A stretch of 64,000 nucleotides of DNA from Paraspadella gotoi (Eukaryota; Animalia; Chaetognatha). Shown piece after piece: positions 1 through 10,970 of the stretch. A program made the translations under genes and the position numbers. Below the pieces are notes generated by a model. It was not told the DNA's origin. It did no database searches and saw only the letters and a program-made list of their open reading frames with translations. Every line of letters starts with the position of its first letter. Position 1 is the stretch's first letter. The stretch spans positions 10,371,042 through 10,435,041 of the forward strand of contig CM119265.1 in assembly GCA_051294375.1 (NCBI GenBank), written 5' to 3'.

Positions 1-61
<61 letters not shown>
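1..61. repeat. (TC)n microsatellite
   Basis: Directly visible run of TC with one interruption. Confidence 0.95.
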
Positions 62-79
62 GACCCAATAATAAGAAAC

Positions 80-1606
80 CTTATGGGCGACTTTTTCGTC
101 ATAGGCCTCGTAGGCGACGACGCGAGCTTCTTTGGCGGCGGATGAGTTACGACTTCCTCCGAGCCGCTGACGGCGCTCAATTCGTCCTGATCGATCTCCT
201 CCACGGAATATTCCTCGTAGGTTTGGGGAGGCAGCTGCTTTTCGACGTCACGATCCTGCAACTTCCTGATCACTTTCGGCTTGGGATGAGGATGCGGCTG
301 CGGATGCGGATGCGGCTGCGGCCTCGGCCGTTGCTTGACCTGCACTAGCCGCCTAGCCGGCCGTTCCCTCGCATAAGCTCTTCTCTTCTTCTCTCGCGTA
401 GGCGTCTCGGAAATCGAATCCACGGAATAAGTCTCCGACTGCTCCTCGGAAAAGTCTTCCGTCACCGAACCACCCGAAGAAGACGACCTCGACGGGCAAC
501 TAAGAGACAAAGAAAAAAAAAGAACGGGAAATCGTATCGCGCTTTTTGCATCACATCAAAGTAATCCATTTTATTATTGTGGTTCAATGATGAATTTAAC
601 GAATTATTTTAAGCCCTTGTAATCTCACCCGCAGGTATAACCGGATTTCGTCTTCCGCGGCTCTTTCATGTGACCCCGGTGAGATTTATTCTTGCTCGGG
701 GGTCTTTTCTTTTTTCGCGATTTTGTCCTCGCGTTGTAATTATAGTTGCAGAAATGTCTGGGATCAAACCTGGGCGCAGCCAAGCACTGGAGAGGCGCAG
801 GTGGCGCAGGCCCCCACATAGGACTGTACCGCGGAGGTTGGGACCATTCGGGGCCCCGCCGTGCGGGGCATCGCACTGGCGGCGGACATGCAGGCTGACA
901 GAGCTGTGGCGCGCAAGGCTGAGGCGCGCAGGCCACTGGAGCACAGGGCGCGGGAGCGCATGGAGCGGGCGCGCAGGCCTGAGGTACGCATGGCTGGGGT
1001 TGGCAGACTTTTGGCACGCAGCAACCCGCAGCTCGTCGCTTGATGCAATTACGCTCAATCATAGCCAAGTCTTCTCGCATCAAATAAAGATCCTGAGGAT
1101 TGATAAATTCAAAGGGGATTCAAGAAATCGCTATTGTGAATGAACCGAAAAATCCCGACAAATAAGGCGAACACCTTGTTCGTTTTAGAGCAGTTACGGA
1201 GATCCCAGTAGGCGTTGTTCTTGTTTAATCCCCACGGAGGCGAATGCACGCTGGGGTGAAAAGAAAAAAGCCGATGCACGCGTGATTCATATTAAGAATC
1301 TCGAAGGGAACAGAAGCCGAATAAAAGGCTCGAAGAAATCAACATCAGTTACTGTCATGAGAACCGAAAAACGCCGTCCTCGAAGATGTCGAACTTGCGG
1401 CCCAAATCGGATGGGTAGTCGCAGTTACATCCGGTCGGTCGCAGCTCGTAGTCAAACTCGGGACCCCCGTCGTACCGATTGCAGTTTTCCTAATCGACAT
1501 GGAAAACAGGGTTCAGGTTCACCAGTCACCTCCGGATTCTATCCGCAAAAAGGCCGCCACTCACTCTGAACCACTGGGCCCATTTCTGCATGCGGTCTCT
1601 CCTCAT
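80..1606 (-). CDS. Spliced gene for a Cys/Pro-rich low-complexity protein (CAP/CQP repeats, basic patch, PQPHPH tract); continues beyond window start
   Basis: Phase-consistent exons at about 1606-1565, 1489-1365, 1251-1175, 1093-629 and 499-80. Example: TGC GG|gtgag ... ttag|T TGC. The translation includes GCCVPKVCQPQPCVPQACAPAPCAPAPCAP. No family recognised. Confidence 0.6.
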
Positions 1607-1936
1607 TCTGGGAAAACGGTGCAAGACAAATATATATATATTGTTTTAACGTCATTACAAGCACAGTAAGCGTGATTAGATTCGGTAAGTATTTCTTTAT
1701 GAGTTTATTTGTGCAAAAGCAAAATATTTTTTTTGCCAAATATTTTGACATGTATTTTCATATCATCATCAGTGGCAGACAAATATATTTTTTTTGAAAT
1801 CAGTAATAAAAGAGAGAGAGAGAGTGTAAGGACACATCAGTTTAAGTCAACTGATGTTTTTCACTGATGGTCGTAATTGTTAACAATTATCCAATCGAAT
1901 TCTAATACAATTGAAACATTCTTTGAAATATTTTCC

Positions 1937-2148
1937 ACTTCATTGATAGGGAAGCCAGGTACTCTGGGAGTGAATAAACGGGACTGTGAGAGAGTCTTGA
2001 TTGAAAGCTTGCAGGGACCTGCTATGTCATTATCTTGTAAGAGTGATGGAGGCCTTAAACCACCAAAGCCTGTCCAAAGTCAGGGGCAAGATAGCTTATA
2101 TATTAAATGAATGGATAATTTTTATATTGGTTGTACCAATTTCATAAT
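1937..2148 (-). mobile_element. Degenerate interspersed repeat, probable non-LTR retrotransposon fragment (second copy 55333-55668)
   Basis: Near-identical blocks at two loci. The minus-strand translation (..AILPLTLDRL..YKIMT.QVPASF) resembles the post-RT region of LINE ORF2. Confidence 0.5.
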
Positions 2149-2503
2149 ATATAATATATATACTAATATATTCTAACTAATATACGACCTAAAATAAGAG
2201 AAGCACTGGAAATAAGGCGTTCAAAGAGTGAACCCAGAACTGGATTGAATGAAGACTGGGGATCCTGCGTTAAGTCCCGAGCCTGGAACCCAGTTTTCTC
2301 TCATATGGAATAGTTTCCTTTGGAGGGGGTTAGGGCTTATGCCCTTTATTTTGTTTCATTTATTTTTTATTTGGTTGTCCTTTTTTGACCTGTTAGTCAG
2401 TTGACCTAAACTGATGTGTCCTTACACACACACACACTCGCTCTCTATCTCTCTCTCTTTTATTACCGTTTTCAAAAAAAAAAAAAATTATTCTCTATTT
2501 GTC

Positions 2504-2547
2504 TGCCACTGAAGATGATATGAAAATACCTGTCGAAATATTTGGCA
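2504..2547 (+). ncRNA. Minimal type I hammerhead ribozyme motif
   Basis: tgcca-CTGAAGA-t-gatatg(aaaata)cctgtc-GAAA-ta-TT-tggca. Stem I is tgcca/tggca and palindromic AATATT stands in for stem III. A mutated copy lies on the minus strand at 1734-1777. Confidence 0.5.
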
Positions 2548-2771
2548 AAAAAATTATTTTGTTTTTGCACATAAAGAAATACTTACCGTATCAAATCTAT
2601 ATAGTTTTCACGTTTTTACTAAAGTCAGCAGCCACACCTGGCGTCCCACCAAAGCTTGGATCTATGTGGTGGTTCTTTCGTTTCGTCAAAGTGAACTGAG
2701 GGCCTTTGGAAATAAAGCGAGAATCATTCACAAGCTAAAACATGGACAGGACGAATCTTTATTAGGTATTC

Positions 2772-4850
2772 ACTCGCTTATCTCCGTCTCGCTCCCCTTC
2801 TTTTTCTTCTTTTTCTTTTTCTTTTTCTTTCGACGCCTTTTTTTCTTTTTCTTTTTCTAAAAATAATTACAAAGGGAATGGACATTAAAATCGGGAAAAA
2901 GCGCCGTAACGCCTTAAGTTAAGGCTTAACTAACGTATTTACCTTTTTGACGCTGCCCTCCGACTTTGCCTCCTCGACGGGAGCTTCGGCGCTGCCATGT
3001 TCCTTCTGTTCTTTTTCCTCTTTATCTTTTCTGTTTCGGTTTCTGCTAAGAACACGAGAATCCAAAATCTGAACATGGAACGAGTCCTAAAACTCCCAAC
3101 CTGTTCCAGGTTTCAGGATCCGATTCAGTTTCGGTCTCGTAAGAATCGTCAGACTCGACCGCGCTTCGGAATCGGTTCGTATTTACTAGGATCACAAATT
3201 GACGGTATCACACTTCGCGATTGAACAAAAATAGAAGTGATTCCCTTTCCCTGTTCTTCAGGAAGTTAAAATATAGCTCACACGAGTCAGTTAAATTATT
3301 TACGGCGCGGGGGCGAAGGGCATATGATATGGAAAGTGGGTCTACGAACTCTAGTGTATTTACGGTTGGAAAACTTTGTAAAATCCATATTGGAGAACTT
3401 GAAAAAGTCAGCTGAGACGTCGTTGGGCATAGATTTGGAACGAATGCTCTGTCGTCGCTTTAAAATTTGTAGAGTCGTATCTTCGGCGTCGACCTGACTA
3501 GAGTCGTTGTCGTCGCCGCTGTTTTCGTTGCTGTTTTCGAGCCGAGGGGCGGCGCCGCGTTTGGCGGCGAAGATTTGCTGATGGTGGCGATGACGCGAGG
3601 TGGACGCGTCCACCGAAGTCCCTCCTCGGGGCGGCGGCCGTCGATGACGTTCAATGAAGTCTTTCCCGACGCCAGAGGAGCGATTTTTTAATCGAATTTC
3701 GTCCGTGGACGACTGACTCTTCGATCGACTATTGACTGGCGACGGAGTCTTACGCCGCCTCTCGACGTGGCTTCTCCGACGGCCTTCGACGGGCGACCGG
3801 TTCGAACGTCCACCTTGAACCAGAGTTTGATTATTTCGCCGCCCTTCGACGGGCGACAAACTCTTTCGCGTTCCCTCGACGGGAGACAAATACTTCCGCC
3901 CTCTTTCAACGGGTGCCGGTTTTTTTCGCCGAGTGTCGAATCGAGTCGGAGGGGTTTTCCATCGAAATTCGACGGAGGATTTATCGCTTGGATGCCGACT
4001 TTCAACGGGATAATTGTGTTTTGGTCGTTGATAAGTCGAAGCGTCTTCATCATCCGAAGATAAAGTCACCGACCGCTGGCAATTATACGACCGACTCAGG
4101 CGCTCTCGGCAATCGTCTACTTCTGCAGGACTTTCAGGCTAAAGAAACGTTTTGTAAACAGGTCAAGATTGCTTTTCAACTTGAGACTTAATAATCATCG
4201 TAAAGATAATAGAAAACGTAAGCTAATTAGCTAACCTCAACGTGAGCGTTTTCACTCGTATTATCGAGTTTTTGGGCCGATTCCACAGCACTTTCTAAAT
4301 TCTCGGCCGGATCTTCTTTCCACAACCGACAAGGTGCAACAATTTCGGGTTGGGCCGCGACTTCAGGTTCCGCGTCGCCGGTGTCGTCGACTGGATTGGA
4401 AGACGGAGACGCGAAACGAACGACGCGCGGTTCGAGGGCGTCGGCGCTCTCTTTGGACGTCGACCACCAAGAGGGGAGCTCGGGAGCGGCGACGGCCGCG
4501 TCCTCTTCTGTCGGAGTTTTGACCTTTTTCTCGCGACGATAATTGCGCTCCGGGACGTAACCCTCGTCGGGGTCACTCGCATCTAGAACCTCCGCCTTTA
4601 GCGCCGCTAGGGTGGCGCCGGTAATCTTTTGAAAATGCTCGTCAAAGGCGCTCTCGGAAATTGAGTTGCCCGCGATAAAGTTGTAAACGTCGTCGGGCGT
4701 CGGGGCTGTGTCCGCCTTGGAGGGACGGGACGGGCGGGACGGGCGGGACGGGCGAGATGGTCGGGCGGACCGACCGAGCCGGGCGGGGGAGGCGGAATCG
4801 CGGCCGAGCAGGCTATTCAGGTCGAAGTCGAAATCGTCGACTCGAAACAT
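2772..4850 (-). CDS. Spliced gene for an acidic / Ser-Pro-Arg-repeat / Lys-rich low-complexity protein
   Basis: Exon 4850-4236 (GAG|gttagc) joins in frame to the exon starting 4138 (tttctttag|CCT GAA AGT). That exon contains ORF 3296-4069 with SPVEG(R/T)R repeats. Probable further Lys-rich exons lie near 3046-2943 and 2857-2772; the 3' structure is uncertain. Confidence 0.6.
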
Positions 4851-5380
4851 GGCCGGAAAATGACGAGCGTCATTGTAGCAAAAAAGAAAATTAAAAAAAT
4901 CCTAAAAAAACTTTAAACAAAAATAAAAAAAAGAGAATAGACGTTTAAAAACAAAACTTAACTAAAGCTACATAACTCGGTATTTAGCTTTTGTAAAAGG
5001 TAACTCCTTCAACGAATTAAAACCAACCCTAAATCCGAAAGAAAAGAAATTGAAGCAATAGAGTCAGGACAAATATTTTCAGAAAATATTTTATTTTATT
5101 ATTGTGGACAAATATAAATTCTTCAAATTTTAAACAAGTGAATAAAAAAAAAAATAATTTATGTATGCTATGGAGTCGTTATTCGCGTTTCAGTCTCGAT
5201 ACTTTGATATTTCGATACTGGGGAGAGGGGGAGAGCGGGAGAACGGACTCTCGGAATCCATCGATAATATAATTTATAAAAATCTATCTGTAGAAGCTTT
5301 AACTACTGCTGCAGCTTGACGGGAACATCGTGAATGATGATTAAAACTGAAGGAAAAATCCTTGGATTTATAATTCGTAC

Positions 5381-5849
5381 CTGAGCAATGACTTGTTGGC
5401 GTGATCGAAGACCTTAACAAGGCCGTCTTCGGTTCCGGCGACGAGCAGACCGCCATCGGAACGGAATGACCCACCGAACGCCTGACGCTGAAAACGCTGC
5501 AGCACGCGGGAGGCGCGGCAGGAGCGAGAGTCGTAGATCTGAACGCGAGTCGAGTTCGTCACCGCCAATTCGTGAGGGGGCGCAGGGGAGAATTCCACGC
5601 TCGAGATCGGACCGTATTCTTTTGAGATAGGAGGGAAAACTTGTGAAATAAGGCAGGAAGATTGGATTTTTTTTAACAAGTTAACGCTATAAACTTAATC
5701 TAGTCATCAGTCCAGTATCTTTTCTGTACTTTCTTGCCTTTGGAAACGACGGGAGATTCAAAATTCTTCCAGTAGGTCGCATCGGCAGTTTCGGCTTTTT
5801 GGTCCAGGGAAGGATATTGCGGGATGACGGTCTTTTTGAAATTCGCCAT
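5381..5849 (-). CDS. UTP15: U3 snoRNA-associated protein 15 (UTP15), first two exons only
   Basis: Exons 5849-5738 and 5618-5381 (GC-AG intron) give MANFKKTVIPQYP..YWKNFESPVVSKEYGPISSVEFSPAPPHELAVTNSTRVQIY..FRSDGGLLVAGTEDGLVKVFD, collinear with the UTP15 N-terminal WD40 region. Confidence 0.88.
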
Positions 5850-5948
5850 GTTGTCTTTAGATGAGAATATTTTACTTAAATTTAATTACACTAAGATCAT
5901 ATTCTGAAAGAAGAATAGAAAAAACGTACGTAGCCGACCATGTGATCG

Positions 5949-5951
<3 letters not shown>

Positions 5952-6007
<56 letters not shown>
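5952..6007. repeat. (GA)n microsatellite
   Basis: Directly visible. Confidence 0.95.
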
Positions 6008-6011
<4 letters not shown>

Positions 6012-6557
6012 TTAATCAAGGGAATAAAGGGATATAAAAAAGAGGAATAACAGAAAATAATCACGTAAAATTTTCGTGAGGGGAGGGTTTTATTGATGTA
6101 GTTTCATACGGCAAAAGCAATGAGTGTAAAAAGAAGTAGAGATCTAACTTCGATACTAGTAAAAACCAGTAATTTGAGAGAAAAGAGAAAAAGGAAGAGA
6201 GAGTTATAAAATTATCAATGAATAAAGTAAATTAAACCAAACGCTTTTCGCCGTACATCACACTTAAAAATGAGGAACTCGATAAAAAAAAAAAAGAATT
6301 TTTGTTCCAAATTTCAAAGAGAAAGCGACAAATATTTGACTACGTCCAACATTACGGAAAAAACGACATTTATGAATGAACCAGAAATGATAGAACGAGC
6401 ATTTTGACTAGCTTGTTTTGATTTGTTCTGAATACAAAAGACGCTTTCGACGTAAACCCTTTCGTTGCTATTTTGTTTTTAAAAAACCCAAAGCAACAGA
6501 GGTTCCATGTGCTACGTGAAGATGGTTGAAACCAAAACGAGTCTTAAGAAAACAATA

Positions 6558-7029
6558 CAGAAGGCTTCATATTATAAAATGAGGTGGGCTTTTTTTGTGA
6601 CCAGAATCTGTTCCTACCAAACTACCTGATCGAATTTCATGAAATTTCTAATGACGATATAAATGGAACTATCGAAGCGAATTTTAATATTCAACCCGAC
6701 AAAAAAACCTAAAATAAAAACTAAAATTGATAATTTTTCATAATTAAGCATAGTTTGAAGATGCATTATACTTCCAATTTTCCCAAATTATTCCAAAACT
6801 GACTTGACTTAAACTGCCAACTGTCCATTTTTTGCCCCTACCTATGGGTGACCCCTCCGGGGCCCCATATCTCGGCTCAGGGGTCAAATATTGAAATTTG
6901 CCTCAATAGTTCTATTTGTATTTCTATCTGTATTTCATATTAAATTTCAATAGATTTTGTCCAGTAATTTTCTCGGAACGTGCTCTGGTTAAAAAAGGGG
7001 TACCTCATTGTATAATATGAAGCCTTCTG
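6558..7029. mobile_element. MITE family A (TIR CAGAAGGCTTCATATTATAAAATG, TA target duplication), short copy
   Basis: TA|CAGAAGGCTTCATATTATAAAATGAGGT ... ACCTCATTGTATAATATGAAGCCTTCTG|TA, with long imperfect subterminal inverted arms. Confidence 0.9.
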
Positions 7030-7281
7030 TACATGTATTTTTTTCTTTTAAATAACTAATTCACTATGAAACTAATCCAAAGATATAAACTGTATAGTGT
7101 ATACACTGTATACTAAAGTGGAGCACTCAAGAACAAAAAATTTTTTTGAATGATCGAACAAGGATATTTAGATGTAAGATAGTATAATTAACTATTATGA
7201 CTCGGGAACAGAATAGTAAAATATAATATATTTATAATATATTCTTTGTGTTTTTTCCTTTCTGTTTCGTTGTGATTTGAT

Positions 7282-7456
7282 TTAGAACAAAGTTTGAAGA
7301 GAGATTTAACAACGATTTTTATTTCATAGTGAATTCATAGTGAATTCAAATTCAATTTGAATTGGCGCTGAAGAAGACTCGTATGTGAGTCAAAACATGT
7401 CCGTTTCACTATGAAATAAAAATCGTTGTTAAATCTTTCTTCAAACTTTGTTCTAA
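7282..7456 (+). mobile_element. Penelope-like pLTR remnant: 52-bp inverted repeat enclosing a mutated hammerhead motif
   Basis: Arms at 7282-7333 and 7405-7456. The loop contains ggcg-CTGAAGA-a-gactc..gagtc-AAAA-cat-GTC-cgtt (7364-7405). Confidence 0.6.
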
Positions 7457-8209
7457 TATATTCTTATAAAATAGTAAATTTTAAAAATAATTTTTTAAAA
7501 ACTTTTAATAAAGATTCAGATTCTTTATAAAAAGTTGAATTAAAAATATAAAACGTGTTATAAAAATTATGTTATCTTTAGCATTTAAAACCGAAAAAAA
7601 GATAAAAATTCATAACTTTTTTATTCTTTGTAGTAGAAACTTATATATTTTTTACAATCCAAACATTAAAATATCATTTAACATATTTTATAAAAGCTTC
7701 TTAGTTTTTTACGGCGAATCCCAAATCTGTTCTTAAAAATAAATATTAAAATTTTAAAATTTAATGATTTTAAAAAGATTTAAAATTTGTTAAATATATG
7801 TCCATAAGCAGCAAAAAAATAATGTTCAATCGCTCAATCTTTTCATCACTCCACCCTAATGTATACAGTAATATTTAATTATTCTTGCTGTTTATACATT
7901 AAAAAAAATCTTAAAGTATAGTGATCTCGCCAGACGTTACTATCAAAGAAAACTAAGGAAAAAATCAATAAAAAAAACGAATGATTGATGCAATAACGAA
8001 TTATTAATATAAAAGTAATTGATGGATGTAATAGTAATTGATTGATTGATGTAATAATAATTGATTGATTGATGTATTAATAATTAATTTATAGATTGAT
8101 ATAATAGTAATTGATAGATTGATGTAACAGTAATTAATTATTGATGCGATGATAACCAAAGGATTCATGCGATGATAACCAAAAGATTGATGCAATGATA
8201 CCAAATGAT

Positions 8210-9264
8210 TGTGATGATCTAGCACTCTCCATCTACTTGTACCCACAAGAAGTAAGAACAGGCTCTGACGCGGAATGAAACGAAGACTGTTTGATTGAAA
8301 AAGGTAAGGGACTGCCTTGGACTTATTGGGGGGATATTAGGGTGCGCCACAAAATGCCGCAGAGGCGGACTTACGACCATGTGACGGAGTCGTGCCACAT
8401 GAGGATAGACAGCATAGCACGTTTCTACCTCCGACTTCAAAAGACAGCAAATGATATGAGCCAACAGTAGAACTCAAGCTCTTCCGGTTGGTGCGATCAA
8501 GTAAGAACATGATAGCCAAGCGTCGCAGGTTACCCAGGCATAGGCATCAGCCGAAACGAGCTACCAAAGGTAATGACTGTTCGTGAATGGGTCAGCATGA
8601 GCCAGATGACCAAAGCACTCAACTACAAGAATCAGCTAAAAGCAATCCAAATTGACGCCAGAGCATCTGCAGATGAAAAATGATGAAAAGAACCGTTGTC
8701 TTCACAGACTGTTCAAAACCCTAGAGAGAACGGGCTTATTAAATCGAACAGGACTGCTGATGGAATTTATAATGGGCACCTCTTAGAAAGTGCCTCAGAA
8801 TCACCTGACAGACTTAAAGGGGGGGTGATGAAGCATCCGCACCAAACAAGGTGTGGACAAAGGGGTTACCCAGGATTCTGACTCAAGTGATGAGCGGGGT
8901 TTTCTGTCTCTTGCTCACCCTTCTGAGAGCATCTATAACGCATATAGGATCAAGTCTTTAAGGATCAAATCTAGAGGTAAGCAAAAGCAAGCATCGGTGA
9001 TGAATCAATAAAGACCTCTCAGGTAAGCTCGGCTTTGCCACTATTCAAATAAAATAAAACTGTAATAACAAACTCCAAACCATAAACCCCGATGATGGCT
9101 AATTAATATTAATGCGATCTGTAACAAATGGAATCATTATTGAACAAAGCATTGAAATAATGAACTGTATTGTTTGTAAACAAATATCGATTGTTTATAT
9201 TTTTAAAGACTTTTACAAAAGGTAAATAAGATCGACGGCTTATGACGAGAGTTTATGTCCAACA
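8210..9264. mobile_element. ~1.05-kb insert in the minisatellite element, possible solo LTR
   Basis: Absent from copy 2. Bounded by TGT..ACA and contains AATAAA, but no clean TSD. Confidence 0.3.
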
Positions 9265-9289
9265 ATTGAACCAATAATAACCAAATGAT

Positions 9290-9632
9290 GGATGTGATGA
9301 TAATAATTCATTGATGTGATGATAATAATTCATTGATGCGATGATAATAATTCATTGATGCGATGATAATCATTCATTGATGGGATGATAATCATTCATT
9401 GATGGGATGATAATCATTCATTGATGGGATGATAATCATTCATTGATGGGATGATAATCATTCATTGATGCGTTGATAATCATTCATTGATGCGATGATA
9501 ATCATTCATTGACGCGATGATAAACATTGACGCGATGATAAACATTGACGCGATGATAAACATTCATTGATCCGATGATAATCATTTATTGATGCGATGA
9601 TAATCATTCATTCTCGCGATGAGTCATTCATT
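9290..9632. repeat. 22-bp minisatellite (gataatcattcattgatgcgat)n
   Basis: Directly visible tandem array with variants. Confidence 0.95.
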
Positions 9633-10970
9633 ATAAATAAAAACAAACGAATACGTGAATGAGAGAGAGAGAGAGAGAAAAGATAGAGAGAAGCTGGACA
9701 GCCGCTGCAAATCTTAACTCGTTTTTAAACGAATCAGAAAAAGCAGCGAGGAAAAAAAGAGAGAGAGCGACATACAATTACAGAGAGAGATAGAGACATA
9801 TATTTAAAAAAGAGAGAGAGAGCAAATGAGTGGAGGAATATGAAACATGTGAATCTAAAAGATCTTGCTGATTAGAAGTTATATCTAAATTTTTAGCTCC
9901 CTATGGTTACACACTTGAGCTATTTTAAATATTAAAACACGACAACGACGACTACGGTCACAAGGAAGCCAAAGGGACCCCAAAATCTTAAGCCCGTCTG
10001 GCGAGATAAAAACATGAGGTATACGGCTCGTTTAAAAAATTAAACACATGAAAACTCCATTATAAAAAGGAAAAATATATGTAAGATTCAGGCAGGATGC
10101 TTTGATTTTGAATTAAGAATGACAGGAACTATAACTAATCAATAAACAATATTCAGCTAAGGCGCGTATAAATTTGGGCTTCTTAGTACTATTACATCAT
10201 TTTATGCATCAATGCTGTATAACTGAAGAGGCGCATTTTCGGAAGGGCATGAATTGAACGATGAAACGCAAACGCCGCTGCGCCACTTCTATCAAGTACG
10301 TAGTGAGTATTGATGATCAAATGGAATGCATTTCACGTCACTTGCAGTAAATATTTGTCGAGTCGCGTCGACGAGTATAAATTCACTGCTCAATATTATC
10401 ACGAATGAGAAACATGTATAAATCGCTTTTCAAACTAATTTGTCGAATTTAAATATTTATCGAAATAAAACAAAAACGGTCGACTTGAACGATTCGTGGT
10501 TTGTCCAGCCTTTTCTTGTCTTTGCACTTGGATAAATAACGAACAAGGCCAAGATGCGTTCTTCGGAATGAGAAGGACAAACAAAGGGGGAGAAGGACAA
10601 ACAAAGGGGGATGAGGAAAAACTGAGGGGGGGACTTTTAGGGAGATAGAAAAGTAAGAAAAGACGAGGTACGTCGAGAGCGTTAGAGGGAAAGCAGATTG
10701 AGAGAGACTAGTATTACATGACTAAGGATTGATCTTTCCTCTTAATACCGGTAACCCAAAGATATACAATATGTGTGACCATCACCCATTACGTTTCAAA
10801 AAAGCGGCCTGCCCGGAAATAAGGAGGCGAATTGGAATCTTATTTTCGATAGAAAACGTGTACGTAGTTCACCGTGGTGAGAGGGAGAGGCAGAGAGAGT
10901 AGAGTGTTCAAATCTGCAACCCACCATCCGGCCTCCACCCTAAATCCCTCACACACCCTAGCCAAACGCG

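Larger units (their letters stand above)
1680..2595. mobile_element. Pair of inverted ~180-bp repeats (Penelope pLTR-like, each with a minimal hammerhead motif) enclosing a LINE-like fragment
   Basis: About 1680-1855 is the reverse complement of about 2396-2595 (gtaaggacacatcagtttaagtcaactga / tcagttgacctaaactgatgtgtccttac; ggtaagtatttctttatg / cataaagaaatacttacc). Confidence 0.65.
7910..10007. mobile_element. Dispersed element carrying a 22-bp minisatellite (copy 1), possibly Helentron/HINE-like
   Basis: Shares the start (gatctcgccagacgttactatcaaagaaaa), repeat gradient and end block (agagaagctggacagccgctgca..aactcgttttt..acggtcacaa) with 50557-51945. A 13-bp inverted repeat lies at 7924-7936 / 9995-10007. 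Confidence 0.65.

Noticed and set aside
1350-1365. In-frame TGA suggesting selenocysteine/readthrough in the Cys/Pro gene
   Set aside because: An upstream phase-compatible donor (TTT CG|gttctc) removes the TGA. Weak donors are common here and no SECIS was seen.
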